This document shows, in pieces, positions 1 to 9,441 of a DNA stretch of 64,000 bases. The notes under the pieces are model-generated. The model was given only the letters and a program-made list of their open reading frames with translations, was not told where the DNA came from and made no database searches. This DNA comes from a virus (taxonomy: Duplodnaviria; Caudoviricetes). The stretch is taken from IMG/VR virus record IMGVR_UViG_3300033067_001435, positions 2,744 to 66,743 of that record; one strand, written 5' to 3'. Both the position numbers and the translations under genes were made by a program. Each line of letters opens with the position of its first letter. Position 1 is the stretch's first letter.

Positions 1-2365
1 CAACTGCTTCTAATTCCCTGACTACTTTATCAAATTCTTTTGCTATTGAAAGGTCTGATTCAACCTTTTCTAACTTTGAAATTAATAGTCTATAGGAGTC
101 AAATTCACTTGTATATGCGTCAAGTAACTTCGGCATGTTTTTAATGGCCTCTTGTGCATCCTTAACAAACTCATTGTTAGTACAGAACTGACAGTTTGGA
201 TCATATTCATGTTTATCAAGATGTTCTTTTTTGCTTTGTGCTATCTTATATTCATTCAATGAACCTTCGTATTTCCTTTTACTCTGATTTACTTTTGTTT
301 GTATATCCCGGTATTTGTCAACTAACTCTGAATAACTGTTAGATGTTCCACCTCTCTTTACAACTCTCTGCAATTCTTTTTTCTGAGTAAGTAATTCATT
401 TTCTTGTAATATGGTAGATTGTAGGTCAGAACCTGCGCTATTTCGAGCCATTATGTAATATTCTATTTGGCTTTTAATATGTGATATGTTTAGTGTAGAG
501 TCTGTTTTCTGATACTCCTTACTTAGTATTATGATTTGTGCATTGGTTTCTTTTATTTCAGATTCTACTTCTTTTAGTTGATCATCTATTCGGTTAAGTT
601 CTTGCTTCAATACACCAATTTGATTAGATAATATTGAGGATTTTTCTGTTAAATCATCCTTCTCAAGTTCTTTAATTAAAGTTTGATATTCCTTAGATTC
701 ATCTTTTGCAAGTTTAAATAGATCATCATATATGAAAATATCAAGAAACTTGTAAAGTAATTCTTTTCTATCTTTTTGAGTTGTATCAACAAAATTCTGG
801 TTATCATATTGTGTTGACATTGATACCATTACAAAATCATCATAACTTCCCAAGTAGTCTCTTATTGCATAATTTGTCTTATCTCTATCTTCTCTATTTA
901 ATCTAACCTCAATACCATCTTCTTCTGTCCAAAAATTAACATCAACCTTTACACTCCCAGTTTTTTCATTCAAGGTTCCAGTTCTTTCTATGTAATATAT
1001 CTGACCCGCTAATTCAAAAGACAGTTTACAATAGAAACTTTTCTTTGAATTATTTAGTACATGACTTGCCTTTGTTGCACGAGTTGATTTGTCAAAAATT
1101 ACAAAAGTTAGAATATCAAAAAGAGCAGACTTTCCACTATAATTTTTAGCAAATAATCCGTACAATCCTTTAAAGTTTGTGAAGTCAATGTAGTTATCAT
1201 CTCCATAAGAAAACATATTTGAAAATTCTAATCTAAGAGGTTTCCATGTTATGTTTCTAACACCATTTTGTGTAGGCAATCGTTTGTTTAATTCAAAATT
1301 TAACTTACATAGATCGTCTATATCTTCGGAATCTACATTGGGATTTACACTCAAGAATTTTTTCATTATACCATTTTGGTATTCTACATCCCGGCTATCT
1401 CCAAGTAACTCTTCTCTGGCTTCTATAGAATTGAATGCAGTTGATATTTTCTGCAATGATAACTCTACTATTTTGTATCGCTCCGAAAGTTCACGTTTGA
1501 ACTCCTCAAGTTGGTGTAACTGCGTATTTTCATGTTTAATTCTAACCCGCAAATTTTTAGGTAAGTAATCTGGAATGTCACACTTTCCGTTTATTAGATG
1601 GAAGGTAAAGTACCCAAACTCATTATCAAGTTTTACAAGTTCTGACTTTCTATTCTTTACATCCCAAACCAAAAATCCATGTCTATCTATTGACTCTCCA
1701 TGATCTTGTTGAATTGCAGAACCACTATATTTTACAACTGGTAATTTACCTCTAACCTTTGATTTGCCAGTTCCAGAGGTATATGGTTGAACTGTCTGCT
1801 CCATGTGAATATCACCAAGCATAACAATGTCAAATCCATCAAATACAGAGGTATTAGTACCATGTTGAATGGTAATCAAGTCAGTTCTTGAGCCTATTAA
1901 TGGACCATGATGAAGGGCTATTTTAAACTCATCATCAATGTCCTTTGCATGAACCCATTTATCTGGGCTATCAAATATCCCAAACAAGGAAAATGTTGTA
2001 TCCATCAGCCTATAAACACCACTATCCTTCCAATAATGTAAATTTGGATGGTTCATAGCATCTACAACTGGTGTAAGTGCATCAAGTCTATTTGAGTTAG
2101 AAAGGTTTCCATCATGGTTGCCGGGTGTTAAAACTGTTGTACAGGTATCAGCACAATCTTTTAAGAACCTTGAAACAATCTGGAAAAGTTCGGGGGACAT
2201 TTCTGTTTTTGAGTGAACAACATCCCCACCAATGAATATTATAGAGTTTTCGTCTTTGTGTTTTTTAACGTACAATATGAAATTTCTAAGTACGGAATTG
2301 AATTCTTTATGCCTCTGATATAGACGAAAATGTATATCAGATATGTGGAATATTTTGGTTATCAA
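1..2365 (-). CDS. sbcCD: Fused Mre11/SbcD nuclease - Rad50/SbcC ATPase (runs off left edge, 3'-partial)
   Basis: Absent from the ORF track because it has no stop in the window. Hand translation from TTG 2365 gives SDIH, GGD, PGNHD, HHG and LGDIH metallophosphoesterase motifs. The frame continues without a stop (checked codon by codon 2040-1246) into WKPLRLEFSNMFSYG, Walker A KNYSGKS, coiled coil and zinc hook DPNCQFC (~190). Confidence 0.9.
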   Translation of the reverse strand, partial: MITKIFHISDIHFRLYQRHKEFNSVLRNFILYVKKHKDENSIIFIGGDVVHSKTEMSPELFQIVSRFLKDCADTCTTVLTPGNHDGNLSNSNRLDALTPVVDAMNHPNLHYWKDSGVYRLMDTTFSLFGIFDSPDKWVHAKDIDDEFKIALHHGPLIGSRTDLITIQHGTNTSVFDGFDIVMLGDIHMEQTVQPYTSGTGKSKVRGKLPVVKYSGSAIQQDHGESIDRHGFLVWDVKNRKSELVKLDNEFGYFTFHLINGKCDIPDYLPKNLRVRIKHENTQLHQLEEFKRELSERYKIVELSLQKISTAFNSIEAREELLGDSRDVEYQNGIMKKFLSVNPNVDSEDIDDLCKLNFELNKRLPTQNGVRNITWKPLRLEFSNMFSYGDDNYIDFTNFKGLYGLFAKNYSGKSALFDILTFVIFDKSTRATKASHVLNNSKKSFYCKLSFELAGQIYYIERTGTLNEKTGSVKVDVNFWTEEDGIEVRLNREDRDKTNYAIRDYLGSYDDFVMVSMSTQYDNQNFVDTTQKDRKELLYKFLDIFIYDDLFKLAKDESKEYQTLIKELEKDDLTEKSSILSNQIGVLKQELNRIDDQLKEVESEIKETNAQIIILSKEYQKTDSTLNISHIKSQIEYYIMARNSAGSDLQSTILQENELLTQKKELQRVVKRGGTSNSYSELVDKYRDIQTKVNQSKRKYEGSLNEYKIAQSKKEHLDKHEYDPNCQFCTNNEFVKDAQEAIKNMPKLLDAYTSEFDSYRLLISKLEKVESDLSIAKEFDKVVRELEAV

Positions 2366-2376
2366 AATTTTTTATT

Positions 2377-2724
2377 TTAATTATTATGAGTTTCAATCTT
2401 TATAGAAGTCCAATTTTTTTGGTTTCTTAATACAACATTATAACCTTCCATGCAAAAATCACAAACCTTACTAAATATATCATCGGGAAAATACCCATCA
2501 TCAACTTCTTTTAGACTTTCTGGCCAGTTTGTGGTATCAAATAGAGATTTAAACTGATACCAACTTATATTTTCATCTAATAATTTAATAGACTTTACAC
2601 TTTTAAACATATTTTTAACTTGATTTACTGCATTTTCTTCGGTATCTGTGAATATAATTGCTGGTAAATCTTTTTTATCATCATTATAAGATATTATTAC
2701 CCAATAACCTGTTAATTTTTTCAT
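2377..2724 (-). CDS. Hypothetical protein
   Basis: 115 aa ORF tightly packed with neighbours. Confidence 0.6.
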   Translation of the reverse strand: MKKLTGYWVIISYNDDKKDLPAIIFTDTEENAVNQVKNMFKSVKSIKLLDENISWYQFKSLFDTTNWPESLKEVDDGYFPDDIFSKVCDFCMEGYNVVLRNQKNWTSIKIETHNN

Positions 2725-2727
2725 ACT

Positions 2728-3144
2728 TTAGTAATTAATTACTTTGTAAACTAAATTATATTTTTTAGATAGTTCTATCATGGATTTTGTTCCGGGAGAT
2801 TTTTTATCCCAAAAAAGTATCGCATGACTAGCAATCTTGGCCATCTCTTCATTTCTAATTGGTCCGGCTGCTGCATTGTACTTTCCACCATTTCTTTTGT
2901 GTCTAACCTTGGCTCTTGGATCATCAATATCATCCCACTTTGCTGGCATTTCTATTAATTCAAATCCCCAATCTTTTGCAAACCATTCCCCAAGTGAATC
3001 GGCTCCGTTTGCTTTGCCTGATATTATTTGAATTTTTGGAGGAGTTTCTTCCGGGTTTATATTTTCAAGTATAAACTTTTTTGTTTCTGCTTCAAGTAGT
3101 TTATAATTGAAAAAATCTCTCCCTCCTGCTATTATTAATTTCAT
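2728..3144 (-). CDS. YspA/DUF2493-like SLOG-family nucleotide-binding protein
   Basis: LIIAGGRDF, SGKANGADSLG, AAGPIRNEEM, FWDKKSPGT motifs. Confidence 0.8.
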   Translation of the reverse strand: MKLIIAGGRDFFNYKLLEAETKKFILENINPEETPPKIQIISGKANGADSLGEWFAKDWGFELIEMPAKWDDIDDPRAKVRHKRNGGKYNAAAGPIRNEEMAKIASHAILFWDKKSPGTKSMIELSKKYNLVYKVINY

Positions 3145-3314
3145 GGTTTTTCTGATTTAACATATGTCAACAGTAGTGATACTGCAAATATATAATAAAG
3201 TATATTTGAGGCTTGATATGCACCACTTGATATTATTAATAGAATGAACCATACTATCATGGTTACTATTAATGATGCTACTATCATGCCAATGTATTGA
3301 AATATTGAATCCAT
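3141..3314 (-). CDS. Small two-TM membrane protein (57 aa)
   Basis: Hand-translated MDSIFQYIGMIVASLIVTMIVWFILLIISSG...; fills the gap; ATGA overlap with next gene. Confidence 0.6.
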   Translation of the reverse strand: MDSIFQYIGMIVASLIVTMIVWFILLIISSGAYQASNILYYIFAVSLLLTYVKSEKP

Positions 3315-3315
3315 A

Positions 3316-3546
3316 TTAATTTGGTTTATAGTTAAAAGCGTTAACCTTCAATAATCTTAAATCGGCTAACTTTACTCGTATTACTTTTTTTGTTTTAGGT
3401 GTTTTTAAAAAACAGTGTATATTATCTATGTCAATATGTTCAAGTATCCACACACATCCAGCATTTGCCCATGAAAGGTGATATTTATGTCCTACTGTTG
3501 GACATTTTGTTTTTTGATACTCTTCACCAAGTTCTTTATTTATCAT
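3316..3546 (-). CDS. Hypothetical protein
   Basis: 76 aa ORF, ATGA overlap with primase stop. Confidence 0.6.
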   Translation of the reverse strand: MINKELGEEYQKTKCPTVGHKYHLSWANAGCVWILEHIDIDNIHCFLKTPKTKKVIRVKLADLRLLKVNAFNYKPN

Positions 3547-4499
3547 TTGTTTAATTTACTTAATATGTTAAATTTTGTACTTGTTGTCTCTGTTACTTTT
3601 TTTGCATTATCAATGTATTCCCAAACCTTTTGATGTCCAAGACTTGTTGGATCATGGTAGATGGTATGATCGTGTAACTTAGTCTGTTCTTCATCTACTG
3701 GAAACTTGGTTATGTAAACCTCTATTCCATGATCAAGAAACCATTGGCTATATCTCATAATGTCCTTTACTGCATCTCCATCAAGACATAAGTAAACAAC
3801 CTTTACATTCTCATCCAATATTTTTTTAAAGAGGGATTTTGATATTTGCTTTCCATTTAATGGAATGGCATTTCTTCGAACAATAATGGCATCAAGTTTA
3901 GATTCTACCAGTATAATCGGTTCTGACCAATTTATTAAACCTTCATCGAATATTTGATCTTTTTCTATTGCTGTTGGAGTAGCAAACTTAAACAATGCTA
4001 ATGGATTGAAACTTCTACCAGTTAGGTAAGTCAAGGTTCCATTTTCATTGTAGAATGGGAACACAATCATATCTTTGTATTTACCACTTGTACAATATCC
4101 AATTCTGTGTTTGAATATATCTAATGAGGTAACACCTCTACCAAATAAATAACTTATAGCCTTATTGTAAAATAGCCCTGTACTGGGCTTCCATAAAGGT
4201 TCAAACTCCTTTGGAAGGGTTAAACCTTGAACAACATCTTTTTTTTGATTGTAAGTCTCTACAAATAAAGACTTAGCCTTTGTAATTACTTGAGAAGGTG
4301 CTACAAGTTTATGTAAAAGTATTGTTACTTTACTTCCATTGGTTCCACATACCCAACACTTCCACTTACCAGTTCCAAGGCTAACACCTAACTTTGGCTT
4401 GTGATGGTTGCAAAATGGGCATGAAAACTGATAGTAATCTCTGTTTGTCTTATGACCTTGACCCAGAACAGACTCAAGGAGTTGTAGTTTTTCGGACAT
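3543..4499 (-). CDS. dnaG: DNA primase (DnaG/T4 gp61-like)
   Basis: Zn finger CPFCNHH...WKCWVC, IVFPFYN, TOPRIM LVES..D and CLDGDA. Start moved to MSEK (4499) because the ORF-track start 4544 overlaps a promoter. Confidence 0.88.
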   Translation of the reverse strand: MSEKLQLLESVLGQGHKTNRDYYQFSCPFCNHHKPKLGVSLGTGKWKCWVCGTNGSKVTILLHKLVAPSQVITKAKSLFVETYNQKKDVVQGLTLPKEFEPLWKPSTGLFYNKAISYLFGRGVTSLDIFKHRIGYCTSGKYKDMIVFPFYNENGTLTYLTGRSFNPLALFKFATPTAIEKDQIFDEGLINWSEPIILVESKLDAIIVRRNAIPLNGKQISKSLFKKILDENVKVVYLCLDGDAVKDIMRYSQWFLDHGIEVYITKFPVDEEQTKLHDHTIYHDPTSLGHQKVWEYIDNAKKVTETTSTKFNILSKLNK

Positions 4500-4513
4500 A
4501 AAAGCGTTTTTCG

Positions 4514-4545
4514 CAAAGGTATGGTATACTTTTGACATTACCAAA
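4514..4545 (-). promoter_or_regulatory. Bacteroidota-type sigma-70 promoter of primase
   Basis: TTTG-N20-TACCTTTG on minus strand. Confidence 0.75.
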
Positions 4546-4556
4546 TTTTTTTAGTC

Positions 4557-5207
4557 TTATCGTGCGTACTCCGAATCGTATACATCCTGAGTCAATCCAA
4601 AATCAACTAACACAACTTTGTCTGATCCTTCATCCTTTACAATCCCATAAGAATTTGCTCTTACTAAGTCCCCTACTGGCATATCCATTGATTGCATTAA
4701 TTCACACATTTCATTATAGAACTGATCTTCTTGAATTATGTCGGCTGCTGATTCATCTTCTAATGAGTAACTTGGGCCATATCTACTTGGTTTAACATTT
4801 TCGTAGTAGAACTTGGATAACATTGTACAGTAGTCTTTAAATGAATATCCCATTATGCTTTTAAACTTTGAAGTTGATAACTTACTTGCGAGTTGCATTT
4901 CTACCCATAATCCATTATCATCACTTTCATACACTTTAGCAAATAAATTATCAAAGTAACTATCTTGTCCTAATTGTATCTCAGTATTACATTGGGCAAC
5001 ACCTTTGGAATTTTTTGCTAATTTAAGAACTTTTTCATTATCTATTTTATAAACTATTCTCCCGGAACCACTTATCATCTTAGTTAAGTTTTGATCACAG
5101 TATTTCTGCCTTTGTGAGAATGATTTTAAACTCGCAAATTCTTGAACATCCCAATTTACTGGATAATCCTCTCCAATTATTGATTCATATATTTTCTTTA
5201 ATTTCAT
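4557..5207 (-). CDS. Protein kinase-like protein with MKLK leader
   Basis: GSGRIVY loop, VLKL, NTE, GDLVRAN catalytic loop, VDFG; N-terminus MKLKKIYESIIGE. Confidence 0.7.
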   Translation of the reverse strand: MKLKKIYESIIGEDYPVNWDVQEFASLKSFSQRQKYCDQNLTKMISGSGRIVYKIDNEKVLKLAKNSKGVAQCNTEIQLGQDSYFDNLFAKVYESDDNGLWVEMQLASKLSTSKFKSIMGYSFKDYCTMLSKFYYENVKPSRYGPSYSLEDESAADIIQEDQFYNEMCELMQSMDMPVGDLVRANSYGIVKDEGSDKVVLVDFGLTQDVYDSEYAR

Positions 5208-5656
5208 TAAACACTCCTTAAAAAGTCTTTGAATGCTTGGTCAAATTTTACCCCACGGAACTGCCCACTTCCTATTGCATCATTGTAGTACGAGTCATCT
5301 CCAAGTACATTGGCTCTCATTTGAAAGTAACACTCTAAAAAGTTAACTTGTCCTTTAGTTTGAGCAAAGGCAAGTATCTCAAATTCGAAATTTTCACTGC
5401 CTAACCTTTTAATGTCTTCAAGTAATGGCTTACAACTGCCCATGTAATCCTTCCAGTTGCTCTCTACACGACTTTTTTTCTTTTTAGTTACCTTCACACC
5501 AGTTTTAAGTGTGACTCGCTTAGAAGTCGTTTTAGCGGCTGTTAAATATTTTCTACCAATATACTTTCTCCCATCTGGTCCTGTAATCTTATAGATGAAT
5601 CCAAATGATCCGTCTGGTAATTCGAAGTCTTCACTTCCTTTGTATTTCCAATTCAT
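5207..5656 (-). CDS. GIY-YIG endonuclease
   Basis: GFIYKIT...KYIGRK, Y.GS, FEILAF, LE and YYN motifs. Confidence 0.8.
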   Translation of the reverse strand: MNWKYKGSEDFELPDGSFGFIYKITGPDGRKYIGRKYLTAAKTTSKRVTLKTGVKVTKKKKSRVESNWKDYMGSCKPLLEDIKRLGSENFEFEILAFAQTKGQVNFLECYFQMRANVLGDDSYYNDAIGSGQFRGVKFDQAFKDFLRSV

Positions 5657-5868
5657 TATACTATTTTTAGTTTGTCTAAAATATATTTTATAAGTTCATC
5701 TAATGCCTGTGGTACTGGTGTAGAAATTCCTATTCCTGATTTATCAAAAATATCAGCACCTTTTCTTCTAAAGTCTTTTAAATAAAGTTCTCTTTTCCCC
5801 TCATTTAACGCTTTAGCAGTTTCTTCTCTAATAATTTTAATTAATTTATTCTTTGTTTCTGTTTTCAT
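5656..5868 (-). CDS. Hypothetical protein with KIIREE..LNE motif
   Basis: 70 aa ORF; shared amphipathic motif. Confidence 0.6.
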   Translation of the reverse strand: MKTETKNKLIKIIREETAKALNEGKRELYLKDFRRKGADIFDKSGIGISTPVPQALDELIKYILDKLKIV

Positions 5869-5898
5869 ACTACTTACCTGTCTTTTAAATGTTGAATT

Positions 5899-6399
5899 TT
5901 ATATTTTTAATTTTTTTACTGAACTTATATCTACATCATACAAAAAAGTTGGGTCTAAATAAACTAATTGCCCTTTAATTCTTCCTACATTTTTAGGGTC
6001 CATGTCAGTTGGAAAATATTGTGAATTAGAATTAAACCAATTTTCCAACGCATCAGATTCTTCCCAAGAAATATTTCCTGTTTCTGCTTTTTGAGATATA
6101 ATAACCCACATCTTATTTTTAATATCATCTGCTACTAATTCGTACATTTTATATACTTTTGGTATTGGCAAATATGAATTTTCTTGTCCTATTACAAATC
6201 CTTGAACATCTTTGTCATCATCTGTTATTTTAAGTACCTTCCCTCCACCAATATCAAATACATCACTTCTTGTCCTTCCACCAATAAAAGAATTTACTTT
6301 TACTTTTAATGCTTTTTCTATCCTTGGTATGTATTTATCATAACCTTGTTTAGAATCAAGTTCTTTTATAATGGTTTCATATATTTGTTTTAGTTTCAT
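5899..6399 (-). CDS. Minimal protein kinase-like protein with MKLK leader
   Basis: DVFDIGGGKVLKIT, IPKVY, TDMDPKN (D-x4-N), LVYLDP; leader MKLKQIYETIIKE. Confidence 0.6.
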   Translation of the reverse strand: MKLKQIYETIIKELDSKQGYDKYIPRIEKALKVKVNSFIGGRTRSDVFDIGGGKVLKITDDDKDVQGFVIGQENSYLPIPKVYKMYELVADDIKNKMWVIISQKAETGNISWEESDALENWFNSNSQYFPTDMDPKNVGRIKGQLVYLDPTFLYDVDISSVKKLKI

Positions 6400-6401
6400 A
6401 T

Positions 6402-6938
6402 TTACCTCAAAACAGGAATATTATTAGCGAGTGATCTTGTGCTGTAGAAGGCTGGGTCAAGATATACTAATTCTCCTTTACTGTTAATGCCTACATTTTC
6501 GGATGTTACATCACCGGGAACATACCTTGTGTTTTCTTCAAACCAATTTTGTATATATGTACGTTGTTTTATTGTAGCCTTAATAGGTTTAACCTTTTCC
6601 ACTATTGCAACCCATAGGTCTTTTCCACTAAGTGGACTGGTTATACTATAATTATGTTTGCTTATTTCTGATTGATCTATTTTATACAAACTATAAACTT
6701 TTGGAATTGGGTATGTTGGATTTTTAACTCCAATATATAATCCAGCAGCATCATAATCAGTGGAGGTTATTTTTAGTACCTTATCCCCTAAATCAAATAC
6801 ATCACTCATTGTTCCACTATGTATTGGGGAGCCTACTTTTATATTAAGTTTATCTTCTAAGTATGGTATAAGTTGTGCAAACCCATGTTCTGGATGCCAT
6901 TCTGCTATTATATTTTCTAATATACTCTTTAATTTCAT
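6402..6938 (-). CDS. Minimal protein kinase-like protein, tandem paralogue of 5899-6399
   Basis: SGTMSDVFDLGDKVLKIT, IPKVY, GDVTSEN, LVYLDP; leader MKLKSILENIIAE. Confidence 0.6.
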   Translation of the reverse strand: MKLKSILENIIAEWHPEHGFAQLIPYLEDKLNIKVGSPIHSGTMSDVFDLGDKVLKITSTDYDAAGLYIGVKNPTYPIPKVYSLYKIDQSEISKHNYSITSPLSGKDLWVAIVEKVKPIKATIKQRTYIQNWFEENTRYVPGDVTSENVGINSKGELVYLDPAFYSTRSLANNIPVLR

Positions 6939-8681
6939 TTAACTATCCCATTTTACAGATATATTTAGGTTTACATCATCCCTCATTTGCAATGGCTGGC
7001 TTAATTTTGCTACTGCTACTAATTCTCTTTTTTCATTGTATAGACCTATTGCTGTTGCGTATGGAAACAATGCACCTTCTGCAAGAGAACCTGTCATTTC
7101 ATCAATTATTAAATCAGAGTTAGGGTTTACCAAAGTTGTAGGATTTTGAGAAAGGTTAAAACTTCCGGCTGGAATCCTTACTAAACACTCATATGAGTAT
7201 ATCATGTGAGTAGACCTAAATTTCAATGTCCAATCATTAACCATTGCATTGTTGTATTTAGATTCATGTCCTGATATAACAACGTTTCCAGACTTATAAA
7301 ATACATTACCAACCACAGCAGTTTGATAAGAAGCCATTCCATTACTATTAGCAAGTGTTACTACATTATTACTGGTAAGTGCTTTATTGTAAATTCTAAT
7401 TTCATCTAAATATCCAGTATATGATGTCTTATAGTTTTGATTATCAGAACCAAACATTAAACAGTGATTGTTTATTGGATGATTTGTGTTATCTGTCTTT
7501 GATTGTGCTAAATTTCCATTTACATATAAACTAACCATTGATCCTGATTTTGTTACTGCCACGTGAACAAAATTTGATGTATATGATGATGATAATGTAC
7601 AAGTATTGATTCCATCACTTCTTCTAAACTCTAATATACGAGAGGTAGGTAGTCCTGTTGCAGTATCATTGTATATCCTAAAATCATACGGAAACACATT
7701 AGTATCTTCGTCTATGTAAGATGCTGATGTATATGTATTTTTCACAGTCAACCCATTAGAATTTACCCAAGGTTGGTTTCCATATTTCTCTTTCCATATA
7801 GTTCCTTTCTTAGATATGACAGTATTATACGGATATGTTAGATTAAATTGCTCATCTTGAGCATTTTTCATCCAAAATGCAATGGTAAAATCTTCATTTG
7901 ATGCAAAATTAAAATCTGGTCTATCCTTTGTTAATATATATGAATTACTATCAAAAAATACAGAAAATCCAGACGCTGTTGTATTTAAGTCTATTCCATT
8001 TGATAATTTAATATTTTTACTAAAACTTGGCACATCAGGGCTAAATGTCTTAGATTTATAAGTAACATCACCTTCTATAATGCAATCATTTCCTGAATTA
8101 TTTGGTATAACATCATCGTGTGATAAGTGTTTAAGTTCTTTAAATTTCCTAAACTCGTCATTAAATCCCCAATACGCTACAAGATTGTAACTATCCGAAA
8201 ATGATCCTGTATCTATTGATGGATCATATAAATTTCCATTTCCATCATCATTTAAGTAAAAACCAGATGCAGTTATTTCTACCGATCTCGGCTTTATTGA
8301 TTCCCCATAATCAAGATATGGTATTGATATTATAGATGCACTAACTCCTAAAAACTTATATGTGAACCTTTCATTTGAATGTTCAAATGTTTTATATGGA
8401 TCGTATGGGTTTCTATAGAACTGAGCATCAATACTACTCCAAATTAAACTTTTATATGATCCATCAAACGAATTAGTTTCATAAGTATTTTGTGAATCAG
8501 TGCCTAATTTTAATTTCCCTGTAGGATACCTTGCTTCCAATAGTTTATACCCACTCCCTGTTTGAGGAAGTGATCCAGAATAAAACTGAGACCTCTGAAC
8601 AATAAACTTTTTAAATACCTTTGTAGGTGTGAGAGTAAAGTCTTGAGGCAGAACTGTTTGGTAAACATGTGGTATGCTCAT
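6939..8681 (-). CDS. Virion structural protein with LamG/ConA-like domain and shared C-terminal tail-attachment-like domain
   Basis: LVAYWGFND, DFTIAFWMK, HVAVTKSG, LYVNG, GYLDEIRIYNKAL; C-terminal IGLYNEKRELVAVAKLSQP. Confidence 0.75.
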   Translation of the reverse strand: MSIPHVYQTVLPQDFTLTPTKVFKKFIVQRSQFYSGSLPQTGSGYKLLEARYPTGKLKLGTDSQNTYETNSFDGSYKSLIWSSIDAQFYRNPYDPYKTFEHSNERFTYKFLGVSASIISIPYLDYGESIKPRSVEITASGFYLNDDGNGNLYDPSIDTGSFSDSYNLVAYWGFNDEFRKFKELKHLSHDDVIPNNSGNDCIIEGDVTYKSKTFSPDVPSFSKNIKLSNGIDLNTTASGFSVFFDSNSYILTKDRPDFNFASNEDFTIAFWMKNAQDEQFNLTYPYNTVISKKGTIWKEKYGNQPWVNSNGLTVKNTYTSASYIDEDTNVFPYDFRIYNDTATGLPTSRILEFRRSDGINTCTLSSSYTSNFVHVAVTKSGSMVSLYVNGNLAQSKTDNTNHPINNHCLMFGSDNQNYKTSYTGYLDEIRIYNKALTSNNVVTLANSNGMASYQTAVVGNVFYKSGNVVISGHESKYNNAMVNDWTLKFRSTHMIYSYECLVRIPAGSFNLSQNPTTLVNPNSDLIIDEMTGSLAEGALFPYATAIGLYNEKRELVAVAKLSQPLQMRDDVNLNISVKWDS

Positions 8682-9418
8682 TATGCACTTTGTATTTGTT
8701 TTTCTAAATCAGAAATTTGGTTATCAATTTTTTGCCCTTTTGATTGTAGAGCAGGTATTAGTCTCTGGAAAAATCCTTTTATTGAATTCCAAATATCTCC
8801 AATTCCCTCAGTTGTAAAGGATACATTACCTTTTGTATTTCCTATTTTTTCACAGGCTTTTAACTCAATTAAAATTTTTTCTTTTACATCCTGATTAACT
8901 AATGTCATAGCATAATCGAGCACTTTTTCATAATTGTAAGTTGCTGGTGATGCTTGAAACCTATTTATTTTCATAATAAGATTTTTTATCTTAACTATTC
9001 TAACATCATCCTTCTTTAATTGTTCCATAAAGTCCCACAGGTTTTCTTTAAGTATATTATCTGCCTGTTTTTGTAAATCATCAAATCCATATTCTTTTTT
9101 AATTGCGTCAATTTTTGCTTGTGCTTCTGCAAGTTTTTTTTGTAGATCGTTTAATTTAGTGATGGCATCTTTAACTTTTTTTGTTATTTTAGTTGCTTCA
9201 CTAATTACACTCTCTGACAAGTATTTGTTTATAAAACTTAACACCTCTTCTAAAGATGAACAACCTCTACTTCCCATTGACATTTCCAATGAATAAGGTT
9301 CATTTTTGGGATATGAAGATTTCATATTATTTGCAGGATAGTAAACTGCCCTATCGTATACTTTTGCAAGTATTTTATTACCTTTCTTTAATAAAGCCCT
9401 TCCATTTACAAATTTCAA
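8681..9418 (-). CDS. Hypothetical coiled-coil protein
   Basis: 245 aa with heptad-rich segments; in structural module. Confidence 0.65.
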   Translation of the reverse strand: MKFVNGRALLKKGNKILAKVYDRAVYYPANNMKSSYPKNEPYSLEMSMGSRGCSSLEEVLSFINKYLSESVISEATKITKKVKDAITKLNDLQKKLAEAQAKIDAIKKEYGFDDLQKQADNILKENLWDFMEQLKKDDVRIVKIKNLIMKINRFQASPATYNYEKVLDYAMTLVNQDVKEKILIELKACEKIGNTKGNVSFTTEGIGDIWNSIKGFFQRLIPALQSKGQKIDNQISDLEKQIQSA

Positions 9419-9441
9419 ATCATTTTTATTGTATACTTCTG

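Noticed and set aside
1-2365. Giant eukaryotic virus origin suggested by the Mre11-Rad50 fusion and low GC
   Set aside because: T4-like baseplate and neck genes, endolysin, sigma factor and Bacteroidota promoters indicate a bacteriophage.
3185-3208. caaatata/tatatttg inverted repeat as a bidirectional promoter
   Set aside because: It lies inside the 57-aa membrane ORF and has no properly spaced -33 element.
5207-5656. Metabolic-enzyme labels (e.g. NAD synthetase) sometimes attached to this family
   Set aside because: Only GIY-YIG nuclease motifs are present.
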